A stretch of 64,000 nucleotides of DNA from an uncultured Actinomycetota bacterium (lineage in GTDB: Bacteria; Actinomycetota; Thermoleophilia; RBG-16-64-13). This document shows, piece after piece, positions 1 to 10,497 of this stretch. Where the stretch lies: NCBI GenBank assembly GCA_963822135.1, contig CAWGGI010000010.1:129674-193673 (forward strand), written 5' to 3'. Positions within the stretch are counted from its first letter, which is position 1. Each line of letters begins with the position of its first letter. The translations under genes were made by a program, and so were the position numbers. Below the pieces are notes generated by a model. It saw only the letters and a list, made by a program, of their open reading frames with translations. It was not told the DNA's origin and searched no databases.

Positions 1-118
1 CCTGCTCGGGGTCTCATTCCACCCCGAGCTCACCGACGACACCCGGTTGCACGAGTACTTCCTGCGCGAGGTGGTGGCGGAGGCCCGCGCGGCGGCTCAT
101 TCTGCAATCAGTTCTTAG
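1..118 (+). CDS. pdxT: pyridoxal 5'-phosphate synthase glutaminase subunit PdxT, C-terminal fragment (5' end outside window)
   Basis: Frame 2 reads [32 protein letters not shown] and stops at TAG 116-118. FHPELT.D.R.H.YFL is the typical PdxT/SNO C-terminus. Confidence 0.6.
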   Translation, partial: LLGVSFHPELTDDTRLHEYFLREVVAEARAAAHSAISS

Positions 119-330
119 GCGTCAGGCTTCCCTCGACGTCTCCACGCTGGGTCGGAGACGAGACCGGCGCCGTGCTGCGATGAGGGAGACCCACGCGATG
201 CAGAGAACTGGTCGACTACCGCCTCGCTTTACTGCGACCATCACCCGGCGATACAGTAAGGGGCGCTGGTGACGGGTGGTTGGCCGGAGGCGCCGGGGGG
301 CGACGCTTCATGCCGGGAAAGGAGAAAGTC

Positions 331-1450
331 GTGATCGTCGGCTGCCCCAAAGAGATCAAGAACAACGAGAACCGGGTGGGCCTGACTCCGGGCGGGGTGT
401 GGGCTCTCAAGCAGGCGGGCCACACGGTGCTCGTAGAGCGGTCCGCCGGAGCGGGCAGCCACTTCTCCGACGACGAGTATGCCGCAAAGGGCGCGGAGAT
501 CGTCGATTCGGCGCGCAGAGGTCTGGTCGCGTGCGCACATGGTGGTCAAGGTCAAGGAGCCGCTGCCTTCGGAGTACGGCTACTTCCGCGATGATCTCGT
601 GCTGTTCACCTACCTCCACCTGGCCCCGGTCCCGGACCTCACCAAGGCTCTGCTCGACAGTGGGATCATGGGCATCGCCTACGAGACCGTGCAGATGGCC
701 AATGGCGAACTGCCCCTGCTCGTGCCCATGAGCGAGGTGGCCGGCCGGATGGCCGTCATCGTGGGAGCCTACTATCTGGGCTACCCTCACGGTGGCGGCG
801 GTCGTCTCATCGGCGGCGTGCCCGGGGTGTGCTCCGGCCGAGGTGCTGATCATCGGCGGGGGGATCGTGGGGATCAACGCTGCCAAGATGGCGGCGGGTC
901 TCGGGGCGCGTGTCACCATCCTGGACATCGATCGCCGACCGGATGAAGTACCTGGACGACGTGCTGCCGCAGCAACTGCGTGACCGTGCATTCGCGACCG
1001 GTCGGCCATCGAGCGGCACCTGCCGCGGCTCCGACCTGGTGATCGGCGCGGTGCTCGTCGCCGGCACGGTCGCGCCCAAGCTGGTGACCCGAGACATGCT
1101 TCATCTGATGCAGCCCCGCTCGGTCGTCGTGGACGTGGCCGTCGACCAGGGCGGCTGCTTCGAGACCACGCACGCCACCACCCATCAGGACCCCGTCTAC
1201 TACGAAGAGGGAGTCCTCCATTACGCGGTGGCCAACATGCCGGGCGCCTACCCGCGCACGTCCACGCTCGCCCTCACCAACGTGACGCTGAGGTATGTGC
1301 TCGATCTCGGCCAACAAGGGTGTGGTCGGGGCGGCCAGGGAGGACCGCTCTCTTCGGCTGGGCATCAACACCTGGCACGGGAAGCTGACGTGCAGGGGCG
1401 TGGCCGAATCGCAGGGCGCGCCCTGGCAAGATATCCCGGAATTGGCCTGA
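331..1450 (+). CDS. ald: alanine dehydrogenase (frame broken at least 4 times in this sequence)
   Basis: GTG 331 follows GGAGAAAG. Pieces [21 protein letters not shown] / [22 protein letters not shown] / [27 protein letters not shown] / [41 protein letters not shown] / [17 protein letters not shown] lie in frames 1>2>0>1>2. Stop is TGA 1448-1450. Confidence 0.85.
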
Positions 1451-1582
1451 TTCTTCGCCGGCGGAGTACAATCATCAACACGACGGTGAAGACATTCGCG
1501 CCGACTTCGTGTCCCCCATCCCCGGCTGCCGACGGCGGCCTCTCGGCTCGTTGTCGCCCTCTTTCTGTGTGAGGAGGTAGGT

Positions 1583-2280
1583 TTGATACGATACGACGCA
1601 GATCAAGCGGCACGTTATCGGGACAGACTGCTGGCCAAGAGGTGGAAGCGGACGTCCGCGACTGCTATCAGTGCGGCAACTGCTCGGCCAGTTGCCCGGC
1701 CGCCTTCACTTTCGACTACATGCCCAACCAGCTGATGCGCATGCTGCAGGTGGGGCTGGTCGACAAGGTCCTCGATTCCAAGGCCATCCAGCTGTGCGTC
1801 CAGTGCCTCACCTGCACGGCGCGCTGCCCGCGCAACATCGACATCGCGGGCATCTTCGAAGACCTGAAGACGGTCGCGACCGCCCAGGAGCGCAAGGTGC
1901 CCGAGCATGCCAAGACCTTCAACAAGGCCTTCATGGACGCGGTGGCCCGCTTCGGCCGGCTGCCCGAGCTCTACATGATGGGCATGTTCTACATGGGCAC
2001 CATGAACCCCAAGATGGCCATGGGCGACGTCGGTCTCGCCGTCCCCATGCTGACCAGGGGCAAGATGCAGCTCATCCCGCGCAAGTCCAAAGGCGCGGAC
2101 GAGGTGGGCCGCATCTACAAGAAGACCATGGAGCAGGGCCAAGGCGCGGGAGAAGGCCGATCGCCGAGGCGGCAGCCTGCGGCGGACGAGACCGCCGGCG
2201 CGCGCGGCCGCCAAGGCGGCGCACGGCGCCCCTGTGAGGCCTGCGGCGCCGCGGCGGCGGGCCCGCCACGCACCCGGTAA
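1583..2280 (+). CDS. hdrC: heterodisulfide reductase subunit C-like (HdrC), two 4Fe-4S motifs
   Basis: CYQCGNCSASCP and CVQCLTCTARCP motifs in ORF 1642-2280. TTG 1583 after GAGGAGG reads IRYDADQAARYRDRLLAK in another frame, so an indel near 1640 is likely (the alternative start is GTG 1642). The tail is Ala/Lys/Arg-rich and low-complexity, so the end is uncertain. Confidence 0.75.
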
Positions 2281-2303
2281 CGGCGCGAAGGCGAGGTGGC
2301 CGC

Positions 2304-3261
2304 ATGACCCTGGCCTACTACCCCGGCTGCTCGCTGCGCCACTCCTCGGCGGAGTTCGATGTCTCCACCCGCAAGGTGCTGGACGTCCTCGGGCGTGGAG
2401 TACAAAGAGGTGCCCGACTGGACCTGCTGCGGCTCCACTCCGGCGCACATGATGGACCATCTGCTGGCCCAGGCCCTGGCCGCCCGCAACCTGCGCCAGG
2501 CGGCCGAGGTGGGCGACGAGCTGCTGGCTCCCTGTCCCTCCTGCTATCAGCGGGAGAAGAACGCCGAGATCGAGATCCACGCGGAGCGACGCCTTCCGGG
2601 CCGAAGTCAACGAGGTGCTCGACAAGCCCTACACCGGCCGGGTGACCGTGTACGCGCTGCCCGAGTACCTGATGAAGTTCGTGGGCGAGGAGAAGATCGC
2701 CGCCCTGGTCAAGACCGACCTCTCCCAGCTCAAGGTGGTGCCCTACTACGGCTGCCTGCTCGGCCGCCCGGGCGAGCTGACCGGCGAGAGCGACAACGAG
2801 CAGCCCATGATGATGGACCTGCTGCTCCAGGCCGCCGGCGTCGACGTCAAGTGGTGGAACTACAAGACCGAGTGCTGCGGCGCCAGCGTGGGCATGCCCA
2901 AAGAGGAGATACAGCGGCAGCTGAGCGGCAAGATCATCGAGCAGGCGCTGGCCGCCGGCGCGGACGCCATCGTGGTGTGCTGCCCGCTCTGCCACGTGAA
3001 CCTGGACCTCAAGCAGGCCCAGATCAACAAGGCTCCTGGGCACCGACTACAAGGTGCCCATCCTCTATCTGCCGCAGGTGCTGGGCCTGGCCTTCGGCCT
3101 GAGCGACGACGACGTCATGCTGAGCAAGAACATCGTCGACCCGACGGCCGCTGGTGAAGCAGGCCATCGCCGAGGGCGCGGCCATCAGGGCCGAGGAAGA
3201 GCGCAAGGCGGCCGAGAAGGCCGCGAAGGAAGCGGCGCAAGGCCGCGAAGGCCGGCGCTGA
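2304..3261 (+). CDS. hdrB: heterodisulfide reductase subunit B-like (HdrB, two CCG domains), frame broken about 4 times
   Basis: MTLAYYPGCSL.., DWTCCGSTPAH, LAPCPSCYQ, VVPYYGCLLGRP, KTECCGAS, VVCCPLCHVNLD found in frames 0>1>2>0>1. The KA/E-rich tail is AIRAEEERKAAEKAAKEAA. The 3' end is approximate. Confidence 0.8.
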
Positions 3262-3342
3262 GGCGACGCCGCCCGGCCAAGGCCGCCGCCCCGGCCGCCG
3301 CCGCGCCGGCGCGACCGGCGCCGCGGATGAGGAGGCGCAGCC

Positions 3343-5329
3343 ATGAGGATCGGCGTCTTCGTCTGCCACTGCGGCAGCAACATCGCCGGCACCGTGGACG
3401 TGGCCGCCGCTCGCCGAGCGGGCGCTCACCCTCAAGGACGTGGTGCACGCCGACCACCCCATGTACACGTGCTCCGAGCCCGGCCAGGCCTCCATCCAGG
3501 ACGCCATCCGGGACAAGAAGCTCGACCGGGTGGTCGTGGCCGCCTGCTCGCCGCACATGCACGAGGTCACCTTCCGCCGCTGCGTCGAGAAGCGGCGGGC
3601 TCAACCCCTACCTGTTCGAGATGGCCAACATCCGCGAGCACTGCTCCTGGATCCACACCGACATGGCCGTGGCCACCGAGAAGGCCTGGGACATCATCAA
3701 GATGGCCGTGGCCAAGGCCCGCCAGCTGGAGCCCCTCTACTCCAACGAGGTGGAGGTCAACAAGGACGTGCTCGTCATCGGCGGCGGGGTGGCCGGCATC
3801 CAGGCCGCGCTCGACCTGGCCGACGCCGGCCTCAAGGTCACCATCGTCGAGAAAGAGACCACCATCGGCGGCGTGATGGCCAAGCTGGACAAGACCTTCC
3901 CCACCATCGACTGCTCGGCCTGCATCCTCACGCCGCGCATGGTGGACTGCTCGCAGCACGAGAACATCACCCTCATGGCCTACTGCGAGGTCGAGAAGGT
4001 CGCGGGCTACGTGGGCAACTTCACCGTGGACATCCGCAAGAAGGCCAGCCATGGTCGACTGGACCAAGTGCATCGGCTGCGAGATCTGCGTGCAGAAGTG
4101 CCCGTCGCAAAGCGCCCGATATGTTCAACGCCGGGCTGGAGCCGACCAAGGCCATCTACATCCCCTTCCCGCAGGCGGTGCCCAAGCGGGCCGCCATCCA
4201 GGTGGACTACTGCCGCTACTTCCAGACCGGCAAGTGCAAGGTGTGCGAGCGGGTCTGCCCGGCCGACGCCATCGACTACGAGCAGAAGGAAGAGATCGTC
4301 CAGAAGCAGTTCGGCGCCATCGTCGTCGCCACCGGCCTGGACGTCTTCCCCTGGGAGACAGGGCTACCGCGAATACGGCGCGGGCAAGATCAAGGACGTC
4401 ATCTCCGGGCCTGCAGTACGAGCGGATGCTCAACGCCTCCGGCCCCTACGGGCGGCCACGTGCATCGCCTCTCCAACGGCGAGGATCCCAAGACCGTGGT
4501 CTTCATCCAGTGCGTGGGCTCCCGGGACGAGTCGGTCAACCGGCCCTACTGCTCCGAGCGTGTGCTGCATGTACACGGCCAAGCAGGCGCTGCTGACCAA
4601 GGACCACTGCGGCATGGACACCGAGGTCTACGTCTTCTACATCGACATCCGCGCCAACGGCAAGGGCTACGAGGAGTTCGTCAAGCGCGTCCAGACCGAG
4701 TTCGGCGTCAAGTACGTGCGCGGCCGGGTGTCCAAGCTCTACGAGGATGGCGGCAAGGTCATGGTGCGCGGCACCGACACCCTGCTGGGCGAGCAGGTGG
4801 AGATGGCCGCCGACCTGGTGGTGCTGGCGAGCGGCATCGAGGCCGCCGCCGGGCGCCAAGGAACTCGCGCAGAAGCTCAACATCAGCTACGACGAGTTCG
4901 GCTTCATGAAAGAAGGCCATCCGAAGCTGCGCCCGGTGGAGACCAACACCGCCGGCGTCTTCCTGGCCGGCGTCTGCCAGGCGCCCAAGGACATCCCGGC
5001 CACGGTGGCGCAGGCCTCGCGGCACGGCCTCCAAGGTCATGGGCCTGCTGGCCAAGGACAAGCTCAAGACCAGTCCGATGATCGCCGTCGTCGACCAGAA
5101 GAACTGCGTAGTCCTGCTGGAAGTGCATCGAGGTGTGCCCGTTCAGCGCCCCCGAGAAGCAGGAGGTGCGCGACGGCGACTCAAGAGCCACGTGATCGAG
5201 ACGGTCTGCCAGGGCTGCGGCGTGTGCGTGGCCACCTGCCCGGTGAACTGCATCTCGCTGAAGGGATTCCCCACCGACGCGATCCTGGACCAGATCGAAG
5301 AAGTCCTCCTCGTCCTAGAAAGGCGGTGA
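3343..5329 (+). CDS. hdrA: heterodisulfide reductase subunit A-like FAD/Fe-S flavoprotein (HdrA), frame broken about 12 times
   Basis: ATG 3343 follows [150 protein letters not shown] read across all three frames. Confidence 0.85.
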
Positions 5330-5331
5330 AG

Positions 5332-5828
5332 ATGGCCGAAGCAATCAACAACCAAGCCAGCGGCGCCGCCACCAGGTGGGGCAGCGCCCGGGCCGACGCG
5401 GGCGCCTGCAGCGGCCGGCGACCGTCCGGTCAAGATCATGGGCATCGTCTGCAACTGGTGCAGCTACGCCGGCGCCGACACGGCCGGCGTGGGCCGCTTC
5501 AAGCAGCCCCCCAACCTCCGGCTGGTGCGCGTGCCCTGCACCGGGCCGCATCGACCCGCTGTTCGCCCTCAAGGCCTTCGAGAAAGGCGCCGACGGCGTG
5601 CTCATCAGCGGCTGCCATCCCGGCGACTGCCACTACTCCGAGGGCAACTACTACGCCCGCCGCAAGTTCGAGCTGGCCGAGCGGATGATCCACCACCTGG
5701 GCATCCCCAAGGAGCGCTTCAAGTGGACCTGGGTGTCGGCTTCCGAGGGGCAGCGCTGGCAGAAGGTGGTCACCGAGTTCGTGGCCGGCGTGGAGAAGCT
5801 GGGCCCGCGTGAAGGGAGGGCCCTGTGA
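5332..5828 (+). CDS. mvhD: MvhD/FlxD-like [2Fe-2S] electron-transfer subunit (2 frame changes)
   Basis: ATG 5332 lies 2 nt after the hdrA stop. [56 protein letters not shown] is the methyl-viologen-reducing hydrogenase delta subunit signature. Confidence 0.8.
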
Positions 5829-6800
5829 GCCGGCAGGACCACATCCGCGAGTTCGCCGCCAAGGCCCTCGCCGACGGCCGCGTGGACTACTTCATCGGCT
5901 GGAAGCAGGGCTACAACAGCTCCGAGGTCATCCCGGCGTTCGTCAAGGACCCGGCGACGGTCGACGAGCTCATCTGGAACCCGCTCTGCCACCACAACCT
6001 GGTCACCTTCATCAAGCGCAACATGCCCGACCCCGCCGGCGCCAAGATCGGCGTGTGTGTCAAGGGCTGCGACAGCCGCACCCTGGGCGCGTTGCTCCAG
6101 GAAGAACTGGTGGACAAGGACCAAGCTCTACGTCGTGGGCGTTCCTTGCGACGGCATCGTCGACCGGCGCAAGCTGGAGAAGGAGTTCGCCGACGAGATG
6201 GTCGCCATCGAGTTCCCCGAAAAGGGCAAGGTGGCGTCACCACCCGCGCCGGGGAGACGGAAAGAATTCGCCCAAAGAAGACGTCTAGCTCGAGGTCTGC
6301 AGCCACTGCCGCTACCCCAACCCGGTGTACTAGCGACGATACCGCCGGCCCGCTGGAGGCCGAGCCCGAGCGCGACCTGGTGCCGCCCGACTGGAGCGAC
6401 GTCGCCGACTACGAGAACCTCTCCGACGACGCCAAGCAGGACGCTGCTGGAGCGGATCTACTCAACCTGCGTGCGCTGTTTCGCCTGCATCAACGTGTGC
6501 CCGGTGTGCTTCTGCTGGGACAAGTGCGTGAACCGGTCCCGGCAGCCGGAACTGGTGAGCCAGAAGGTGGGCCCCAAGGAGAACCTGCTGTTCCAGATGG
6601 TGCACATGTTCCACGTGGCCGGCCGTTGCCCGTCGTGCGGGGCGTGTGACCGCGCCTGTCCGGTGGAGATCCCGCTCTACCTGCTGCACCGGAAGATGAA
6701 CAAGGAGATCTACGACATGTTCGGATTCGAGCCGGGCGTCAAGCTCGACGAGAAGCCGGTGTTCCAGGTGTTCGACCTCAAAGACCAGTTCGGCGACTGA
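5825..6800 (+). CDS. FlxC/FlxB-like Fe-S subunit (4Fe-4S dicluster protein), frame broken about 5 times and containing one in-frame TAG
   Basis: GTG 5825 overlaps the mvhD stop (GTGA). GVCVKGCDSRT, VVGVPCDGIVD, LEVCSHCRYPNP, CVRCFACINVCPVCFC and GRCPSCGACDRACPVEIP motifs. Naming follows Desulfovibrio flxABCD-hdrABC and is tentative. Confidence 0.6.
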
Positions 6801-6811
6801 AAGGAGGGACG

Positions 6812-8059
6812 ATGGCGATCAAGTACCTGAGAGCGGATCAGCTGCCGGCCCTTCTGGAGGGTCTTTGCGAAGAATGCTCGCGTGGTCGCTCCGTTCAAGA
6901 GGGACGGGGTGGTCCAGTTCGAGCCCTGGGCGTCCGGCAAGGAGGTCGAGCTCGACGTGCTGCTGGCCAAGCAGTCGCCCAAGGAATACGTGTTCCTGCC
7001 AGACCGAGACCTACCTCAAGATTCGGCTATGAGATGCGCCGGCCCCCGAGGGCGCCAGAGGGCGAAGTCAGCCATCCCCTACGAGACGGTGGAGGTGGAC
7101 GCCATCAACGAGGCGCCGGCCCAGGTGATCTTCGGCCTGCGCCCGTGCGACGCCCGAGGATTCGTCCAGATGGACCAGGTGTTCGGCGGCTACGGCGGTT
7201 TCTACTTCGACCCGCTCTACAACGCCCGGCGCGAAGCCACCACGTTGCTCGCGGTCACCTGCCGGGAACCGCGCTCCACCTGCTTCTGCACGACCATCGG
7301 GCGGCTGCCCGTCCGGCCGCGAGGGCGTGGACGCGCTCTTCACCCAGGTGGACGGCGGCTTCGCTGTCGAGCTCCTCACCGAGAAGGGCGAGGCGGCTCT
7401 CGCGGCGGCCGGCGCGGCGCTCGCCGACGCCACCGACGCCCAGACCGTGGAGGCCAACGAGGTCAAGGTGCTGGCCACCACCAAGGTGGACGTGCCCTTC
7501 GTCTCTCGAAGGCATCCGGGACAACCTGCACGACAACATCGCCGCGGACGGCTGGCACGACCTGGCCATGCGCTGTATCTCCTGCGGCACCTGCACGTAC
7601 GTGTGTCCCAACTGCTACTGCTTCAGCATCAACGACCAGATCGTGGAGACGAAAGGCGAGCGCTACCGCTGCTGGGACAACTGCTTCAACCCCCAGTACA
7701 CCGAGGAGACCTCGGGCCACAACCCGCGGGCGGCCAAGTCCAACCGGTTCCGCAACCGCTTCAGCCACAAGTTCTGGTACTACCCGGACAAATACGACAG
7801 TCTGCTGTGCTCGGGCTGCGGCCGCTGCATCATGCACTGTCCCACGCGCATCGACATCCGTGAGGTCCTGCGGGTGATGGGCTCGCCGGCCGGGCAACCG
7901 CCGGCCGAACCGGTGGCGGCTCCCGCCGCAGAATGCGGCGCGGCGACCGAGGCCGCCGCTCCCGCGGAAACGGCTGCGGCTGCGGCAGCAGTGCCGGGCG
8001 CGGCGATCCCGCTGGGCGCGCCGATCCCCGGGGGAAGTGAGGAGGGCATAGATGCCTGA
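6812..8059 (+). CDS. AsrA / sulfhydrogenase-beta-like Fe-S subunit (FlxB/FlxC-like), frame broken about 6 times
   Basis: ATG 6812 follows AAGGAGGG. FGLRPCDARG, REPRSTCFCTT, RCISCGTCTYVCPNCYCF, RYRCWDNCF, LLCSGCGRCIMHCPTRIDI motifs. The C-terminal tail is Ala/Pro-rich. Confidence 0.65.
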   Translation: MAIKYLRADQLPALLEGLCEECSRGRSVQEGRGGPVRALGVRQGGRARRAAGQAVAQGIRVPARPRPTSRFGYEMRRPPRAPEGEVSHPLRDGGGGRHQRGAGPGDLRPAPVRRPRIRPDGPGVRRLRRFLLRPALQRPARSHHVARGHLPGTALHLLLHDHRAAARPAARAWTRSSPRWTAASLSSSSPRRARRLSRRPARRSPTPPTPRPWRPTRSRCWPPPRWTCPSSLEGIRDNLHDNIAADGWHDLAMRCISCGTCTYVCPNCYCFSINDQIVETKGERYRCWDNCFNPQYTEETSGHNPRAAKSNRFRNRFSHKFWYYPDKYDSLLCSGCGRCIMHCPTRIDIREVLRVMGSPAGQPPAEPVAAPAAECGAATEAAAPAETAAAAAAVPGAAIPLGAPIPGGSEEGIDA

Positions 8060-8973
8060 CAATAGCGGCAGCGTCCAGAGCAAGACCCGCCTCACCTTCG
8101 CCGACGTCGTCCCCGGCGCCAGCACCGCCCGCGCGGGCAAGCTGGGCGGCAACCCCTACCTTCCCGAGGTCGCTACCGTCGTCCAGATCATCGAAGAGAC
8201 GCCCACCATCAAGACCCTGCGCATGCGTTTCGACGACCCGGTGGTGCAGGAGAGCTTCTCCTTCATGCCGGGGCAGGTGGGTCAGCTCGGGGTGTTCGGC
8301 GTGGGTGAGTCCACCTTCGCCATCACCTCCAAGCCGTCGGAGAAGGAGTTCATCCAGTTCTCGGTGATGAAGGCCGGCGAGGTCACCAAGGCCATCCACA
8401 ACCTGTCCGAGGGCGACAAGGTGGGCATCCGTGCCCCCATGGGCTGCGGCTTTCCCGTGGAGGCCTGGAAGGGCAAGAGGATCCTGTACGTGATGGGCGG
8501 CATCGGCTCGGCGGCTCTCAAAGCCACCATCGAGTACACCCTGGAGCACCGCGCCGACTATGCGGGTATCAGCATCCTGTACGGCGCCACGGCTCCCCAG
8601 AACTTCACCTACCAGTACGACATCGAACGAGTGGCAGAAGCGCAGCGACATCGACCTCACGCTCACCATCGACCGTGACTGCGACGGCTGGCAGTGTGAC
8701 GTGGGTCTCGTCCGCACCGTGCTCGAGCGCATGAATCCCGATCCGGCCGACACCGTCGCCATCACCTGCGGCCCGCCCATCATGATCAAGTTCGCGCTCA
8801 TCAGCTTCGCCAAGCTGGGCTTCACGCCTGAGCAGACCTACACCACCCTCGAGAAGCGCATGAAGTGCGGCATCGGCATCTGCGGCCGCTGCAACGTGGG
8901 ACCCAAGTATGTGTGCGTGGATGGGCCGGTGTTTTCGCTGGCGGAGTTGAACGAGCTGCCGGACGAGCTGTAG
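8052..8973 (+). CDS. FAD/NAD(P)-binding oxidoreductase with C-terminal [2Fe-2S] (FlxA / AsrB / PyrK / HydG-like), 1 frame change near 8625
   Basis: ATG 8052 follows GAGGAGGG. FSFMPGQVGQLGVFGVGESTFAITS (FAD barrel), ILYVMGGIGSAALKA (NAD fold), ITCGPPIMIKF, and the terminal KCGIGICGRCNVGPKYVCVDGPVF cluster motif. Confidence 0.75.
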
Positions 8974-9003
8974 GGTCTTCAGCCGAAGAATCAGCTGAGG
9001 TTC

Positions 9004-9025
9004 GGGGGCGCCGCGAAGGCGCCCC
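9004..9025 (+). terminator. GC hairpin downstream of the hdr-flx cluster
   Basis: GGGGGCGCC-gcgaa-GGCGCCCC lies 30 nt after the flxA-like stop. The T-tract is weak. Confidence 0.4.
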
Positions 9026-9183
9026 TCTGCGTTCGACAGGCTCGGCTTCCGTGGAGTGCTGGTCGACTCGCACCGGTCTTCGACGGACCAGGGGAGATCA
9101 TCTGTGGTACGGCGTTTGGTACGATGCCCAGAGCCGAGCAGAGGCAGCGCACGAATGGTACTAATGACTGCACATCGTTCCGG

Positions 9184-10220
9184 ATGTCCATCAACATGCT
9201 AGGCGCAAATCGGATGCAGTCTGCTCATTGCCATATGGGTTCTGGGGCGCTCTTGGTTCTCGCGATGGCTGGGTATGCCTTCATCAGTTCAGTCCGTGGC
9301 CCAGAGCGCTGCTCATCCGCAGGGCCTTCACCAGGGACGGCGCTGGAGAAGAATGCCGCAATGGCCCGCTTTGTCCCTTCCGGGATTTCGGTGATCAGGG
9401 ATTGTCAGTACGCTCGGGGGGACAAAGACGCAAAGCTGGACGTGTACTTCCCCTCGAACACCGAAAACTCGGCGACCGGCTCACCGACCATCGTCTGGGT
9501 TCACGGCGGCGCGTGGTTGGCGGAACAAGTCGGAGATTTCGAACTATCTGAAGATCCTGGCCTCACACGGCTTCACGGTCGTTGGAGTGAACTATTCACT
9601 CGCGCCCGGAGCCACCTTCCCAAGACCCGTCGCCCAACTTGGCGAAGCCCTCGAGTACCTGCAGGACAACGCCCAAGACCTTCACGTCGATCCAATCGGA
9701 TACTGATTGCCGGCGACTCGGCGGGGGCGCAAATATCGTCCCAATACGGGTTGATCGTGTCCGACCCGAGCTACGCCGCGAAGATCGGCATCAGGCCGGC
9801 GCTGGAGCGAAGTCAACTCAGAGGACTCATCCTATGCTGCGGCCCGTACGATGCCGGAGCCGTCAACATGAGCGGCGCCTTCGGCGGATTCCTCAGAATC
9901 GTGATGTGGTCCTACTCCGGCACTCGCGACTTCGCAACGACTCTCGCTTCGCGCTGCTGTCAACGGAGAGATTCGTGACGTCAGCATATCCTGCGGTATT
10001 CATCACCGGTGGGAATGACGACCCTCTCACGGTTCAGTCAAGAGCCTTGGCGGACACTCTGAGCCGCCTAGGAGTGAAAGTGGACGCGCTGTTCTTTCCG
10101 GACACCTACCTTCCCAAGCTCGCGCACGAATATCAGTTCGTTCTCGACAATGCCGCGGGCAAACAGGCACTCGACCGAATCGTGGGCTTCGCGAGCACTC
10201 AGACCACTACTGGTCGCTGA
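9184..10220 (+). CDS. alpha/beta hydrolase (esterase/lipase family) with N-terminal TM segment, about 3 frame changes
   Basis: IVWVHGGAW, FTVVGVNYSLAPGATFP, ILIAGDSAGAQ (GDSAG nucleophile elbow) and AVFITGGNDDPL lie in frames 1>2>1>0. The start is uncertain (ATG 9124 or 9184). Confidence 0.7.
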
Positions 10221-10497
10221 GCACTCGGTACTCCACTTGACGCGCTGTAGAGCGATATATACAGTCTGCGTGCCGCATCGACGGTGATACGCAGTACATT
10301 CGGTGGGATTCCGGGGCGCGTGAGGGCATACGGCTCGGGGCTGGTGATCGCCGACCTCCTTCTGCTGGCGGGATACACCCGCGGTTTGATGGTGACGCGA
10401 TGCCTACGTACGACCAGTCGGCAGTGCTCAAGGCGTCCGTTTTAGTCTTCGGAACGGTGCTTGCCGATGGCAATCCCGGACGATCGCGGCGCGCTGA

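Noticed and set aside
3343-5329. Checked whether HdrA or the Mo enzyme could contain selenocysteine (in-frame TGA).
   Set aside because: The Mo enzyme large subunit is a continuous ORF without an internal TGA. In hdrA every apparent stop coincides with a frame switch, so no Sec codon or SECIS-like element can be argued from this sequence.
6286-6333. Two in-frame TAG codons bracketing the LEVCSHCRYPNPVY segment of the flxC-like gene. In a window with corrinoid methyltransferases, TAG could suggest pyrrolysine.
   Set aside because: The second TAG coincides with a +1 frame change (GTGTAC-T-AGCGACGAT reads VY/SDDT once one T is removed). The first TAG sits in the most indel-dense region of the window. 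No pylTSBCD genes or MttB/MtbB/MtmB-type genes are present, and the URO-D methyltransferases here have no in-frame TAG.
331-8973. Frame changes considered as programmed ribosomal frameshifting or as evidence that ald/hdr/flx are true pseudogenes.
   Set aside because: There are dozens of events with no slippery heptamers or stimulatory structures. Amino-acid conservation is preserved on both sides of each break, and the bias is toward +1 insertions. This pattern fits sequencing or assembly error best. True pseudogenisation cannot be excluded without reads (see the frameshift finding).
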